Assembly: GCF_054482525.1 (NCBI RefSeq)
Contig: NZ_CM137006.1
DNA: 64,000 nucleotides
Strand: one strand, 5' to 3'
Part shown: positions 11,768 through 26,164 of the stretch, piece after piece
Numbering within the stretch: position 1 is the first letter of the stretch
Layout: every line of letters starts with the position of its first letter
Notes under the pieces: model-generated
Told to the model about the DNA's origin: nothing
Databases searched by the model: none
The model's input: only the letters and a program-made list of their open reading frames with translations
Program-made: the position numbers and the translations under genes

Positions 11768-12907
11768 CTGGCGTTTCTCGACCGTTCGAATATCGGTTTT
11801 GCCAAACAGACCTACCAGATTGATACCGGGCTGAGTAATGAAGCTTATGCGCTGGGAGCAGGCATTTTCTTTGTGGTATATGCGTTTCTGGGTGTTCCGG
11901 CGAATCTTTTGATGCGCAAACTGGGGGCAAGAACCTGGATTGGTACGACAACACTGCTGTGGGGATTTCTTTCGGCAGCCATGGCATGGGCCGATACTGA
12001 AGCGAAATTTCTGATCGTTCGCACTCTGCTTGGTGCTGCGGAGGCCGGGTTCTTCCCTGGTATGATTTATCTCACCTCGCAATGGTTTCCGCAGCGTAAT
12101 CGCGCCAGCATTATGGGGCTGTTCTATATGGGTGCACCGCTGGCGTTAACACTGGGATCACCGCTTTCCGGCGCGCTGCTGGAGATGCATGGATTTATGG
12201 GGCATCCCGGCTGGTTCTGGATGTTTGTGATTGAAGGATTGCTGGCAGTCGGCGCTGGGGTATTCACATTCTTTTGGCTTGATGACACACCGGAGCAGGC
12301 ACGTTTTCTGAGTAAACAAGAAAAAACGTTGCTTATCAATCAACTGGCAAGTGAAGAACAACAGAAAGTGACTTCTCGATTGAGCGATGCGCTGCGTAAT
12401 GGCCGAGTCTGGCAACTGGCGATTATCTACCTGACCATTCAGGTGGCGGTTTACGGATTAATTTTCTTCCTGCCGACCCAGGTTGCTGCATTGCTGGGGA
12501 CAAAAGTGGGCTTTACGGCGTCGGTGGTCACCGCCATTCCGTGGGTTGCGGTCTTGTTTGGGACCTGGCTTATTCCGCGCTATTCCGATAAAACCGGCGA
12601 ACGGCGTAATGTCGCAGCGCTGTGTGTTGCAGCCATCGGGTTTATTGCCGTGCAGCCGGTGTTCTGGACGATGCCGACACAACTTCTTTCCGGTACGGCG
12701 CTGGCTGCGGGGATTGGTTTTATAAACCTGTTTGGTGCAGTGGGCGGGTTTATTGCCCCGATCCTGCGCGTGAAAGCAGAAACGTTATTTTCCAGCGATG
12801 CGGCGGGATTACTGACGCTGGCAGCGGTGGCGGTCATCGGTTCACTGATTATTTTCACTCTGCGTGTAAATCACACTGTTGCGCAGACCGACGTGGCACA
12901 TCATTAA
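11752..12907 (+). pseudogene. rhmT: 5'-truncated L-rhamnonate MFS transporter rhmT (yfaV), missing about 40 N-terminal codons
   Basis: Translation from ...LALYVLAFLDRSNIGFAKQTYQIDTGL... matches RhmT from about residue 45 onward; sequence upstream is IS. An in-frame GTG inside the IS end (11738) could drive a fusion product. Confidence 0.75.
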
Positions 12908-12923
12908 TAGGTTAAGGAACACC

Positions 12924-13727
12924 ATGAACGCATTATTAACCAATCCCTTTAAAGAACGTTTACGCAAGGGCGAAGTGCAAATTGGTCTGTGGTTAAGCTC
13001 AACGACTGCCTATATGGCAGAAATTGCCGCTACTTCCGGTTATGATTGGTTGCTGATTGACGGGGAGCATGCGCCAAACACCATTCAGGATCTTTATCAC
13101 CAGCTACAGGCGGTAGCGCCCTATGCCAGCCAACCCGTGATCCGTCCGGTGGAAGGCAGTAAGCCGCTGATTAAACAAGTCCTGGATATTGGCGCACAAA
13201 CTCTACTGATCCCGATGGTCGATACTGCCGATCAGGCACGTCAGGTGGTGTCTGCCACGCGCTATCCTCCCTACGGTGAGCGTGGTGTTGGGGCCAGTGT
13301 GGCACGGGCTGCGCGCTGGGGACGCATTGAGAATTACATGGCGCAAGTCAACGATTCGCTTTGTCTGTTGGTGCAGGTGGAAAGTAAAACGGCACTGGAT
13401 AACCTGGACGAAATCCTCGACGTCGAAGGGATTGATGGCGTGTTTATTGGACCTGCGGATCTTTCTGCGTCGTTGGGCTACCCGGATAACGCCGGGCACC
13501 CGGAAGTGCAGCGAATTATTGAAACCAGTATTCGGCGGATCCGTGCTGCGGGTAAAGCGGCTGGTTTTCTGGCTGTGGCTCCTGATATGGCGCAGCAATG
13601 CCTGGCGTGGGGAGCGAACTTTGTCGCTGTTGGCGTTGACACGATGCTCTACAGCGATGCCCTGGATCAACGACTGGCGATGTTTAAATCAGGCAAAAAT
13701 GGGCCACGCATAAAAGGTAGTTATTGA
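12924..13727 (+). CDS. rhmA: 2-keto-3-deoxy-L-rhamnonate aldolase RhmA (YfaU)
   Basis: ATG at 12924 gives [26 protein letters not shown]..., 267 aa. Confidence 0.88.
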   Translation: MNALLTNPFKERLRKGEVQIGLWLSSTTAYMAEIAATSGYDWLLIDGEHAPNTIQDLYHQLQAVAPYASQPVIRPVEGSKPLIKQVLDIGAQTLLIPMVDTADQARQVVSATRYPPYGERGVGASVARAARWGRIENYMAQVNDSLCLLVQVESKTALDNLDEILDVEGIDGVFIGPADLSASLGYPDNAGHPEVQRIIETSIRRIRAAGKAAGFLAVAPDMAQQCLAWGANFVAVGVDTMLYSDALDQRLAMFKSGKNGPRIKGSY

Positions 13728-13767
13728 TATCAAAGGCCCATGGGGATCGGCTGTGGGCCTGTGTTAA

Positions 13768-13941
13768 TTAGTGGTTATTCGCTGCCAGATCGGCTTCGCT
13801 TAGCTGGGTGGCCGCGAGCACCAGGTCACGATCAATGCCCTGTTCCAGCATGCGCAAAGCAATTTTAATGGCTTGTTCATGCATGCCTTCCTGCCAGCCA
13901 ATTTGGTGTCCTTCCTGCCGTAGCCGTTCAGCAATAGTCAT
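13768..13941 (-). CDS. ypaA: YpaA: free-standing copy of the Rpn C-terminal small domain (57 aa)
   Basis: Hand-translated [57 protein letters not shown]; its 5' region, including the SD, is a near-identical duplicate of the rpnB 3' region. Below the 60-aa track cutoff. Confidence 0.7.
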   Translation of the reverse strand: MTIAERLRQEGHQIGWQEGMHEQAIKIALRMLEQGIDRDLVLAATQLSEADLAANNH

Positions 13942-13953
13942 TAATCTCTCCTT

Positions 13954-14913
13954 TTAATAACAGTTCGGAATATCAGCATCAGTGAGTTGGGTTGTCGCCA
14001 GCACAATCTCACGTTCAAAGCCCTGTTCCAGCATGCGCAAGGCAATTTTAATGGCTTGTTCATGCATACCTTCTACTTTGCCTTTCTGCAAACCCTCCAA
14101 CTTCCCCTCCTGCCAACCTTCAATCTTACCCTCCTGCCAGCCAATTTGATGTCCTTCCTGCCGCAGCCGTTCAGCAATAGTCATTAATCTCTCCTTTTGT
14201 AGTGGTGAACGTTCGGCAATCTCCTCAATAAAACGGGTGAAACGGGAGGTATCGCCGCATTGCAGCAGATAATTAAACAGCGTTTGTAGCTGGCTGTCAT
14301 TAGTGAAGCCTCTAACCAAAAGCGTGGTGATCCTGTCGACCATACCGATTAAATCGCGGTCGCGAATATGCTTTTGAATCAGTTCCAGCAGAGCTATACG
14401 CCGATGTTGCATGATCTCATCGTCAGGTACGATGGTGATATCCACCAACGGAAAAGCTTCGGTGTACAACTGCCGGGCAAGTTGCGGATCGTCAAACTCA
14501 TCCAGCCAGTTGAGTGAGTACGGGTAAGGCGAGGTTTCGCCATGATAAAACAGCAACGGCACCACCAGCGGGACTCTGTCATAGCCTTTGTCCAGGTGAC
14601 GCTGCATGGCGGCAGTGGCATAGCGCATTAGCCGAAAAGCCATATTCTTTTCTGCAGAGCTTTGATGTTCAATCACGCAGTAGATATAACCGTCACCGTC
14701 GCTGGTTTCCACGGACCACAAAACATCCGAGTAGTAAGCGCGTAAACTTTTTTCAATAAAACTGGTGGGTTCCAGGCGTAAGGTTTGCAGGTTGCAAAGC
14801 TTGCGCAGCGGCTCTGGTAGATGTATTTCCAGAAAATCCCGTGCGGTTTCGGGTGTGAACATAAAGGTTTTAAACACCGCATCATGCGGGGAGGAGGTTG
14901 TTGATTCGGTCAT
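13954..14913 (-). CDS. rpnB: Recombination-promoting nuclease RpnB (YfaD; PD-(D/E)XK / YhgA-like)
   Basis: 319-aa ORF beginning [36 protein letters not shown]... with C-terminal [17 protein letters not shown] repeats. Confidence 0.85.
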   Translation of the reverse strand: MTESTTSSPHDAVFKTFMFTPETARDFLEIHLPEPLRKLCNLQTLRLEPTSFIEKSLRAYYSDVLWSVETSDGDGYIYCVIEHQSSAEKNMAFRLMRYATAAMQRHLDKGYDRVPLVVPLLFYHGETSPYPYSLNWLDEFDDPQLARQLYTEAFPLVDITIVPDDEIMQHRRIALLELIQKHIRDRDLIGMVDRITTLLVRGFTNDSQLQTLFNYLLQCGDTSRFTRFIEEIAERSPLQKERLMTIAERLRQEGHQIGWQEGKIEGWQEGKLEGLQKGKVEGMHEQAIKIALRMLEQGFEREIVLATTQLTDADIPNCY

Positions 14914-15105
14914 GGTTGTCCGTCACCTGATATTTATGATGACGCGACATTACGGTTATCCCAGGCCTTTGACATCTGCCAGTTTCAGCCTTTGTGAGAC
15001 GTTTTCAGAGGAATTTTCACTGCGTTGCAACGCATACATTGGGCATGGAATCGTGTACGCAAAAATGCCCGGTAACCACATGCTTACCGGGCATCAGAAG
15101 GGAGT

Positions 15106-19170
<4,065 letters not shown>

Positions 19171-19442
19171 TGTTATCCCTCTGAAGTTCGTTTTTTACCA
19201 TTTAGCCATAGTAAAAACATGAATTGTTTGATTTCGCGCATATTCGCTCATAATTCGAAAGTGAAACGTGATTTCATGCGTCATTATGAACATTTAACCC
19301 ATCGTATTTAATAATGTGTGCGGTAATTCACATTTAATTTATGAATGTTTTCTTAACATCGCGGCAACTCAAGAAACGGCATGTTCTCCCACTGAATCAG
19401 GCTGTTAATCATAAATAAGACCACGGGCCACGGAGGCTATCA
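19171..19442. promoter_or_regulatory. Divergent glpABC / glpTQ control region
   Basis: 272-bp AT-rich gap between divergently transcribed glpA and glpT; GlpR/CRP/FNR operators expected from established knowledge, individual sites not mapped here. Confidence 0.5.
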
Positions 19443-20801
19443 ATGTTGAGTATTTTTAAACCAGCGCCACACAAAGCGCGCTTACCTGCCGCGGAGATCG
19501 ATCCGACTTATCGTCGATTGCGCTGGCAAATTTTCCTGGGGATATTCTTTGGTTATGCTGCTTACTATTTGGTTCGTAAGAACTTTGCCCTCGCTATGCC
19601 TTATCTGGTCGAGCAGGGATTCTCACGCGGTGATTTAGGTTTTGCCCTTTCGGGGATCTCGATTGCTTATGGATTTTCGAAATTCATCATGGGCTCGGTG
19701 TCGGATCGCTCGAATCCGCGCGTATTCCTGCCCGCAGGTTTGATTCTGGCGGCGGCGGTGATGCTTTTTATGGGCTTTGTGCCGTGGGCGACGTCGAGCA
19801 TTGCGGTGATGTTTGTGCTGCTGTTCCTCTGCGGTTGGTTCCAGGGGATGGGATGGCCGCCGTGCGGTCGTACTATGGTGCACTGGTGGTCGCAGAAAGA
19901 ACGTGGCGGCATTGTGTCAGTGTGGAACTGTGCGCATAACGTCGGTGGTGGTATTCCGCCGCTGCTGTTCCTGCTGGGGATGGCCTGGTTCAATGACTGG
20001 CACGCGGCGCTCTATATGCCCGCTTTCTGCGCCATTCTGGTGGCACTGTTCGCCTTTGCGATGATGCGCGATACCCCGCAATCCTGTGGCCTGCCGCCGA
20101 TCGAAGAGTACAAAAATGATTATCCGGACGACTATAACGAAAAAGCGGAACAGGAGCTGACGGCGAAGCAAATCTTCATGCAGTACGTGCTGCCGAACAA
20201 ACTGCTGTGGTACATCGCTATCGCCAACGTGTTCGTTTATCTGCTGCGTTACGGCATCCTCGACTGGTCACCGACTTATCTGAAAGAGGTGAAACACTTC
20301 GCGCTGGATAAATCCTCCTGGGCCTACTTCTTCTATGAGTATGCGGGCATTCCGGGCACCCTGCTGTGCGGCTGGATGTCGGATAAAGTCTTCCGTGGCA
20401 ACCGTGGGGCCACCGGCGTCTTCTTTATGACACTGGTGACCATCGCGACTATCGTTTACTGGATGAACCCGGCAGGTAACCCAACCGTAGATATGATTTG
20501 TATGATTGTTATCGGCTTCCTGATCTACGGCCCTGTGATGCTGATCGGTCTGCATGCGCTGGAACTGGCACCGAAAAAAGCGGCAGGTACGGCAGCGGGC
20601 TTTACCGGGCTGTTTGGTTACCTGGGCGGTTCGGTGGCGGCGAGCGCGATTGTTGGCTACACAGTGGACTTCTTCGGCTGGGATGGCGGCTTTATGGTAA
20701 TGATTGGCGGCAGCATTCTGGCGGTTATCTTGTTGATTGTTGTGATGATTGGCGAAAAACGTCGCCATCAGGAATTACTGCAAAAACGCAACGGAGGCTA
20801 A
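19443..20801 (+). CDS. glpT: sn-Glycerol-3-phosphate transporter (MFS)
   Basis: 452-aa ORF beginning [48 protein letters not shown]. Confidence 0.92.
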   Translation: MLSIFKPAPHKARLPAAEIDPTYRRLRWQIFLGIFFGYAAYYLVRKNFALAMPYLVEQGFSRGDLGFALSGISIAYGFSKFIMGSVSDRSNPRVFLPAGLILAAAVMLFMGFVPWATSSIAVMFVLLFLCGWFQGMGWPPCGRTMVHWWSQKERGGIVSVWNCAHNVGGGIPPLLFLLGMAWFNDWHAALYMPAFCAILVALFAFAMMRDTPQSCGLPPIEEYKNDYPDDYNEKAEQELTAKQIFMQYVLPNKLLWYIAIANVFVYLLRYGILDWSPTYLKEVKHFALDKSSWAYFFYEYAGIPGTLLCGWMSDKVFRGNRGATGVFFMTLVTIATIVYWMNPAGNPTVDMICMIVIGFLIYGPVMLIGLHALELAPKKAAGTAAGFTGLFGYLGGSVAASAIVGYTVDFFGWDGGFMVMIGGSILAVILLIVVMIGEKRRHQELLQKRNGG

Positions 20802-20805
20802 TGGC

Positions 20806-21882
20806 ATGAAATTGACGCTGAAAAACCTTAGCATGGCGATCATGATGAGTGGAATGATCATGGGAAGCAGTGCAATGGCGGCGGACAGCAACGAAAAAAT
20901 AGTCATCGCCCATCGCGGTGCCAGTGGATATTTGCCGGAGCATACGCTGCCAGCAAAAGCGATGGCGTATGCGCAGGGAGCGGATTATCTGGAACAAGAT
21001 TTGGTGATGACCAAAGACGACCATCTGGTTGTCCTGCATGACCATTATCTCGATCGTGTTACTGATGTTGCCGATCGTTTCCCGGATCGGGCGCGCAAAG
21101 ACGGTCGTTACTACGCGATAGATTTCACGCTCGATGAAATTAAGTCACTGAAATTTACCGAAGGTTTCGATATTGAAAATGGTAAGAAAGTACAGACTTA
21201 TCCGGGGCGTTTCCCGATGGGTAAATCTGACTTCCGGGTACACACTTTCGAGGAAGAGATTGAATTTGTTCAGGGGTTAAATCACTCTACCGGGAAAAAT
21301 ATCGGTATCTATCCAGAAATTAAAGCGCCGTGGTTCCATCATCAGGAAGGGAAGGATATTGCGGCTAAAACGCTGGAAGTGCTGAAGAAATATGGTTACA
21401 GCGGTAAGGACGACAAAGTTTATTTGCAATGTTTTGATGCCGATGAACTGAAGCGTATTAAGAATGAGCTGGAACCTAAAATGGGCATGGACCTCAATCT
21501 GGTACAGCTGATTGCCTATACCGACTGGAACGAAACTCAGCAGAAACAGCCGGACGGAAGCTGGGTTAATTACAACTACGACTGGATGTTTAAGCCGGGG
21601 GCCATGAAACAGGTGGCGGAATATGCTGATGGTATTGGTCCGGATTATCATATGTTGATTGAGGAGACATCGCAGCCAGGTAATATCAAACTCACTGGCA
21701 TGGTGCAAGATGCTCAGCAGAATAAACTGGTAGTGCATCCTTACACCGTGCGGTCAGATAAGCTGCCTGAATACACTACTGATGTGAATCAGTTATATGA
21801 TGCTCTGTATAACAAAGCGGGTGTAAATGGGCTGTTTACTGATTTCCCTGATAAGGCAGTAAAATTCCTTAATAAAGAGTAA
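20806..21882 (+). CDS. glpQ: Periplasmic glycerophosphodiester phosphodiesterase
   Basis: ORF 20749..21882 contains MKLTLKNLSMAIMMSGMIMGSSAMAADSNEKIVIAHRGASGYLPEHT; start set at MKLTLK (358 aa). Confidence 0.9.
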   Translation: MKLTLKNLSMAIMMSGMIMGSSAMAADSNEKIVIAHRGASGYLPEHTLPAKAMAYAQGADYLEQDLVMTKDDHLVVLHDHYLDRVTDVADRFPDRARKDGRYYAIDFTLDEIKSLKFTEGFDIENGKKVQTYPGRFPMGKSDFRVHTFEEEIEFVQGLNHSTGKNIGIYPEIKAPWFHHQEGKDIAAKTLEVLKKYGYSGKDDKVYLQCFDADELKRIKNELEPKMGMDLNLVQLIAYTDWNETQQKQPDGSWVNYNYDWMFKPGAMKQVAEYADGIGPDYHMLIEETSQPGNIKLTGMVQDAQQNKLVVHPYTVRSDKLPEYTTDVNQLYDALYNKAGVNGLFTDFPDKAVKFLNKE

Positions 21883-22102
21883 TGCTATTGCAGGATGGCG
21901 TTCATGCGCCATCCTCTGCTAAAACGAAATAATGCTACTACCGGTTATTCTTTTCATTAACCGGTGCATCCTGTTAAAAAAGATGCCAACATATTTGCGT
22001 AAAACTCATTCGTTAAGAAAGCTAACACTGGGCATTGTTATTCCTTAAACAGTATGAATTGGGTTCAATAATAAATTGTATTGCAGTTTATACTGTAAAG
22101 TA

Positions 22103-23173
22103 TTATTCGCATTTCGGAAAAGTAAAGAAAATATTAATGTATCTTATTAATTTATTATATTGTTCTTGAGTGAATGCTATTTGCACACCTTCAGGATAAT
22201 ATTCACCAGTAATAACCAGTTGTCCATTGCTGTGTTGTACCATTAAACCTTTTTTTTCCTTTGGATCTTCAAACTTAGAATTATCAAACGTGAAGATGTT
22301 ATTTTCCTGTTTTGAGTAAGCAAAGAAATCTCGTGTATAGCTGAAACTATCATTTATTAATGGTGCTAACTTTTTGTCGGCGATATCGATAAGCTCACCA
22401 CTTAATTTATTGATGTATTTCATTTGGTTCAATTTTTTCTGCGCTTGTACAATTTGCTTGTAGGTATTTTTAATTTCCTTAGAAGAATTCTTGAATTTAT
22501 CATAGCGTTCCACGGAGGATGCGTATTTGTACCATTCTGTATTTTTCTCAGAATGTAGTAGCAGGTCTGTATATTTTTTTTGATCGCTGTAAAGTTGACT
22601 TTTAATACTTTCCTCACTGCTGGTTTTATAAGGTTTATCAGAGCTGTTTATTTTTGAAATGTCTTTTTCTGTCGGTGACTGGACCGTGTTGTGGATATTT
22701 TCTTTTATAACATGTTCATTGATGATGTTAATTGCAGTTTCATATTCATTTAAGTTTATTGTTCTTTGTGAAATAAACCCTTCTTTGCTTTCGACACTCA
22801 AAATACCTTCGTTGTTTTCACCTCGGGTAAAGGTAAGGGTATAGGGTTCATAATCCGCTGCAAATTCATTTTTATACGTTATGACATGTTCGACAAAATG
22901 TCTTATTGGTACGAAACTATAACTGTGAACGTCAATTTTTTGGGTCTTGATACTATCAATTGCATCTGAGGCTTTCGTGAAAAAAGTCAATAAATTAGCT
23001 ATGCTGTCTGCTGAGGTTGATAACCCGTATCTACTTTGAGATATTTTTAGAAACTCATCGCAAAAAATCTCAAGTTTCGCGGTTTGTTGTGATTCTTTGT
23101 AAACTTCTGCTGGTTGCAATTTATTATTTTGTAAAATATTACCTCGAGATAAGTGAATAGATGTATTTGGCAT
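22103..23173 (-). CDS. Orphan hypothetical protein on AT-rich islet (about 356 aa, Lys/Asn/Glu/Tyr-rich, no signal peptide or TM segment evident)
   Basis: Long minus-strand ORF in a conspicuously AT-rich block between glpQ and yfaH; start placed at the ATG (MPNTSIHLSRG...) preceded by AAGGA; the track's longer ORF begins at a TTG 12 codons upstream. Confidence 0.6.
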   Translation of the reverse strand: MPNTSIHLSRGNILQNNKLQPAEVYKESQQTAKLEIFCDEFLKISQSRYGLSTSADSIANLLTFFTKASDAIDSIKTQKIDVHSYSFVPIRHFVEHVITYKNEFAADYEPYTLTFTRGENNEGILSVESKEGFISQRTINLNEYETAINIINEHVIKENIHNTVQSPTEKDISKINSSDKPYKTSSEESIKSQLYSDQKKYTDLLLHSEKNTEWYKYASSVERYDKFKNSSKEIKNTYKQIVQAQKKLNQMKYINKLSGELIDIADKKLAPLINDSFSYTRDFFAYSKQENNIFTFDNSKFEDPKEKKGLMVQHSNGQLVITGEYYPEGVQIAFTQEQYNKLIRYINIFFTFPKCE

Positions 23174-23638
23174 AAATGATTCCTTGTATTGTGAGTTAAC
23201 AAGATACAATTTAATCTTTGCAGAATATATTCACTATCAAATTTAGCTCATTTTATTACGAAGACCTTTACGCATGTTAGAAAGTATCATTATTGTTAAT
23301 AAATACGGTAATAAGTAACAAACAGATATTGATAACTTCCCTGACAAGTTATTAAGTATCCCACTTGAAGATTGAGAATGGCTCCAGAGTAAACTGTGTA
23401 CTGTTCGCCGGAGTGTCATTACTCTCAACAATCGGTTTTGACAGTGAGTCGGGCGCTTCATACCGGTTTCTACCTGGAGTCATTGTCACTTCTCCCAACT
23501 GGATAAATATATATCGCCAATTCACAAAGTGGGCCAAAATCAGGTGAAAACGAATTATTACGCCAGGTAAAGGCTATAGTACAACTAAGTGTGGCGAATC
23601 AGGCAGTCTTGCATTTGTCATCAATCTCATGTCTTACA

Positions 23639-23845
23639 TCAAATTTTTCCACTCACCACGAGTTGTTCCGTACACGTTTGTAGTAAAAACAGTGGACTGC
23701 CTTCTACCGGCTTTTCTTTAGCCAGCAACGAAATCTGTCGATAGAAGGTTGGTTCGAGAGGAACGGAACACAATTCACCTGCAATGGTTTTCAGCGTCAA
23801 CTCTGGTAATAAGGCGATGCCTAATCCCTGTCGAATAAAATTCAT
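23639..23845 (-). pseudogene. yfaH: yfaH: C-terminal remnant of a LysR-family regulator
   Basis: 68-aa ORF MNFIRQGLGIALLPELTLKTIAGELCSVPLEPTFYRQISLLAKEKP... resembles only the C-terminal end of a LysR substrate-binding domain. Confidence 0.55.
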
Positions 23846-24060
23846 CGCTGTATCCGCCTGATTAAATTCACATTTTATCTGCTGGGTGCACTATTAGTGG
23901 TAGTGGCTGGTGGAGTCTATGCGCTGCAAATGAAGGGTAAAAGCGGTGTCGCGCTAGTAGTGGCAAAAGAAATTCATTAATACGACACGTTTCATTAAGA
24001 TTTTTCGCAGGTAACCACCTATAGTCATTGTCGTAAATAAAAAATGACAGGCGATAGGGT

Positions 24061-24711
24061 ATGGCAGTTTCAGCAAAGCACGACGAATTTAATCACTGGT
24101 GGGCAACAGAGGGCGACTGGGTTGAAGAGCCTAACTATCGCCGTAATGGTATGAGCGGGGTGCAATGCGTCGAGCGCAACGGCAAAAAGCTATATGTAAA
24201 GCGCATGACGCATCATCTGTTTCATTCCGTACGTTATCCGTTCGGCCGACCAACGATTGTCCGTGAGGTTGCGGTAATTAAAGAACTGGAACGGGCTGGT
24301 GTCATCGTGCCGAAGATCGTTTTTGGTGAAGCGGTGAAAATTGAGGGGGAATGGCGCGCGTTGCTGGTGACTGAAGATATGGCGGGGTTCATCAGCATTG
24401 CTGACTGGTATGCCCAGCATGCAGTAACGCCCTATTCTGACGAAGTACGGCAAGCCATGTTGAAAGCAGTGGCGCTGGCGTTTAAGAAAATGCATAGCGT
24501 TAATCGTCAGCATGGCTGTTGCTATGTTCGCCATATCTATGTGAAAACAGAAGGTAAGGTAGAAGCTGGATTTCTTGATCTGGAGAAAAGTCGTCGCCGC
24601 TTGCGTCGCGATAAAGCGATTAATCATGACTTCCGCCAGCTGGAAAAATATCTGGAGCCGATCCCCAAAGCGGACTGGGAGCAGGTGAAAGCGTATTACT
24701 ACGCCATGTAA
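24061..24711 (+). CDS. inaA: Acid-inducible kinase-like protein InaA
   Basis: 216-aa ORF beginning MAVSAKHDEFNHWWATEGDWVEEPNYRRNGMSGVQCVERNGKKLYVKRM. Confidence 0.88.
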   Translation: MAVSAKHDEFNHWWATEGDWVEEPNYRRNGMSGVQCVERNGKKLYVKRMTHHLFHSVRYPFGRPTIVREVAVIKELERAGVIVPKIVFGEAVKIEGEWRALLVTEDMAGFISIADWYAQHAVTPYSDEVRQAMLKAVALAFKKMHSVNRQHGCCYVRHIYVKTEGKVEAGFLDLEKSRRRLRRDKAINHDFRQLEKYLEPIPKADWEQVKAYYYAM

Positions 24712-24764
24712 TCGTTGTAGGCCAGATAATACGCGTAAGCGTCGTATCTGGCACTACAACCAAT

Positions 24765-25019
24765 TCACATCTCGATTTCAATATCGCCTTTTGCCCGGCA
24801 ACAACAGGGCAAAATTTCCCCCGGCTGAATAAAGGCTAACGGTTCGGCAATCCAGTCCACCTGGCCTGCAACAAGGCGCGTGCGACAGGAACCGCAGTAA
24901 CCTTCGCGGCACTGGTACTCAACCGCCACATTGTGGGATTCCAGCGCCGCCAGAAGGGAAGGGTGTTCATCCTGGCACAGCAGTTGTGTGCCAGTGATGC
25001 GCAGGGTAATGCGAGCCAT
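24765..25019 (-). CDS. yfaE: 2Fe-2S ferredoxin YfaE (RNR diferric-tyrosyl cofactor maintenance)
   Basis: 84-aa [52 protein letters not shown]..., directly downstream of nrdB. Confidence 0.88.
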   Translation of the reverse strand: MARITLRITGTQLLCQDEHPSLLAALESHNVAVEYQCREGYCGSCRTRLVAGQVDWIAEPLAFIQPGEILPCCCRAKGDIEIEM

Positions 25020-26149
25020 CAGAGCTGGAAGTTACTCAAATCGTCGGTGTCCACTTCCGAGTCAATCTGCCCGACCAGATAAGAACTGACTTCCACTTCC
25101 TGCGGAGCAACCTGCACGTTATCAGACACCAGCCAGGTATTGATCCACGGGATCGGGTTGGAGCGAGTCTGGAACGGCAGATCCAAACCGACTGCCTGCA
25201 TGCGGATATTGGTGATATATTCAACGTACTGGCAGAGAATGTCTTTATTCAGACCAATCATCGAACCGTCACGGAACAGATAATCCGCCCAGTCTTTCTC
25301 TTGCTGTGCCGCCTGGACAAACAGGTCATAGCATTCCTGCTTACATTCTTCGGCAATTTCCGCCATCTCCGGATCATCCGCGCCGCTGCGCAGCAGATTC
25401 AGCATATGCTGAGTACCGGTCAGGTGCAGGGCTTCATCGCGGGCAATCAGGCGAATAATTTTGGCGTTACCTTCCATCAGTTCGCGTTCTGCAAAGGCAA
25501 AGGAACAAGCAAAGCTGACGTAGAAGCGGATCGCTTCCAGCGCGTTAACGCTCATCAGGCAGAGATACAGTTTTTTCTTCAGCTCGCGCAGGCTAACGGT
25601 TACGGTTTTACCGTTAACGGTGTGGGTACCTTCGCCCAGCAGATGCCAGTAGCTGGTCATTTCGATCAGCTCATCGTAATAACTGGAGATCCCTTCCGCA
25701 CGTTTCTGGATCTGCTCGTTGGTGACGATATCATCAAACACAACGGACGGATCGTTAACGATATTACGAATGATATGGGTATAAGAACGAGAGTGAATGG
25801 TTTCTGAGAACGCCCAGGTTTCGACCCAGGTTTCCAGTTCAGGGATCGAGATCAGCGGCAGCAGTGCCACGTTCGGGCTGCGACCCTGAATGGAGTCCAG
25901 CAACGTCTGATATTTCAGGTTGCTGATAAAGATGTGTTTTTCGTGTTCAGGCAGTGCCTGGTAATCGATACGGTCACGAGAAACGTCAACTTCTTCCGGA
26001 CGCCAGAAGAAAGAGAGCTGCTTTTCGATCAGCTTTTCGAAGATGTCATATTTTTGCTGATCGTAGCGAGCCACGTTGACCGGCTGACCAAAGAACATCG
26101 GTTCTTTCAGCTGATCATTTTTCGTCTGTGAAAAGGTGGTATATGCCAT
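25019..26149 (-). CDS. nrdB: Ribonucleoside-diphosphate reductase 1 beta subunit
   Basis: ORF contains [40 protein letters not shown]...; start set at MAYTTF (376 aa). Confidence 0.92.
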
Positions 26150-26164
26150 GAATGTGTCCTGTTG

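Noticed and set aside
14068-14160. Tandem nucleotide repeats inside the rpnB 3' region
   Set aside because: They are in-frame coding repeats ([25 protein letters not shown]) of the RpnB C-terminal domain, not an independent repeat element.
21893-21914. Hairpin after glpQ (ggatggcg-ttcatg-cgccatcc) as an intrinsic terminator
   Set aside because: Perfect stem but no downstream T-run; it may be a terminator, but the sequence alone is too weak to call it as a feature.
23846-24060. MarA/SoxS/Rob box for inaA
   Set aside because: inaA is known to be in the mar/sox regulon, but I could not identify a convincing marbox match by eye, so no site is annotated.
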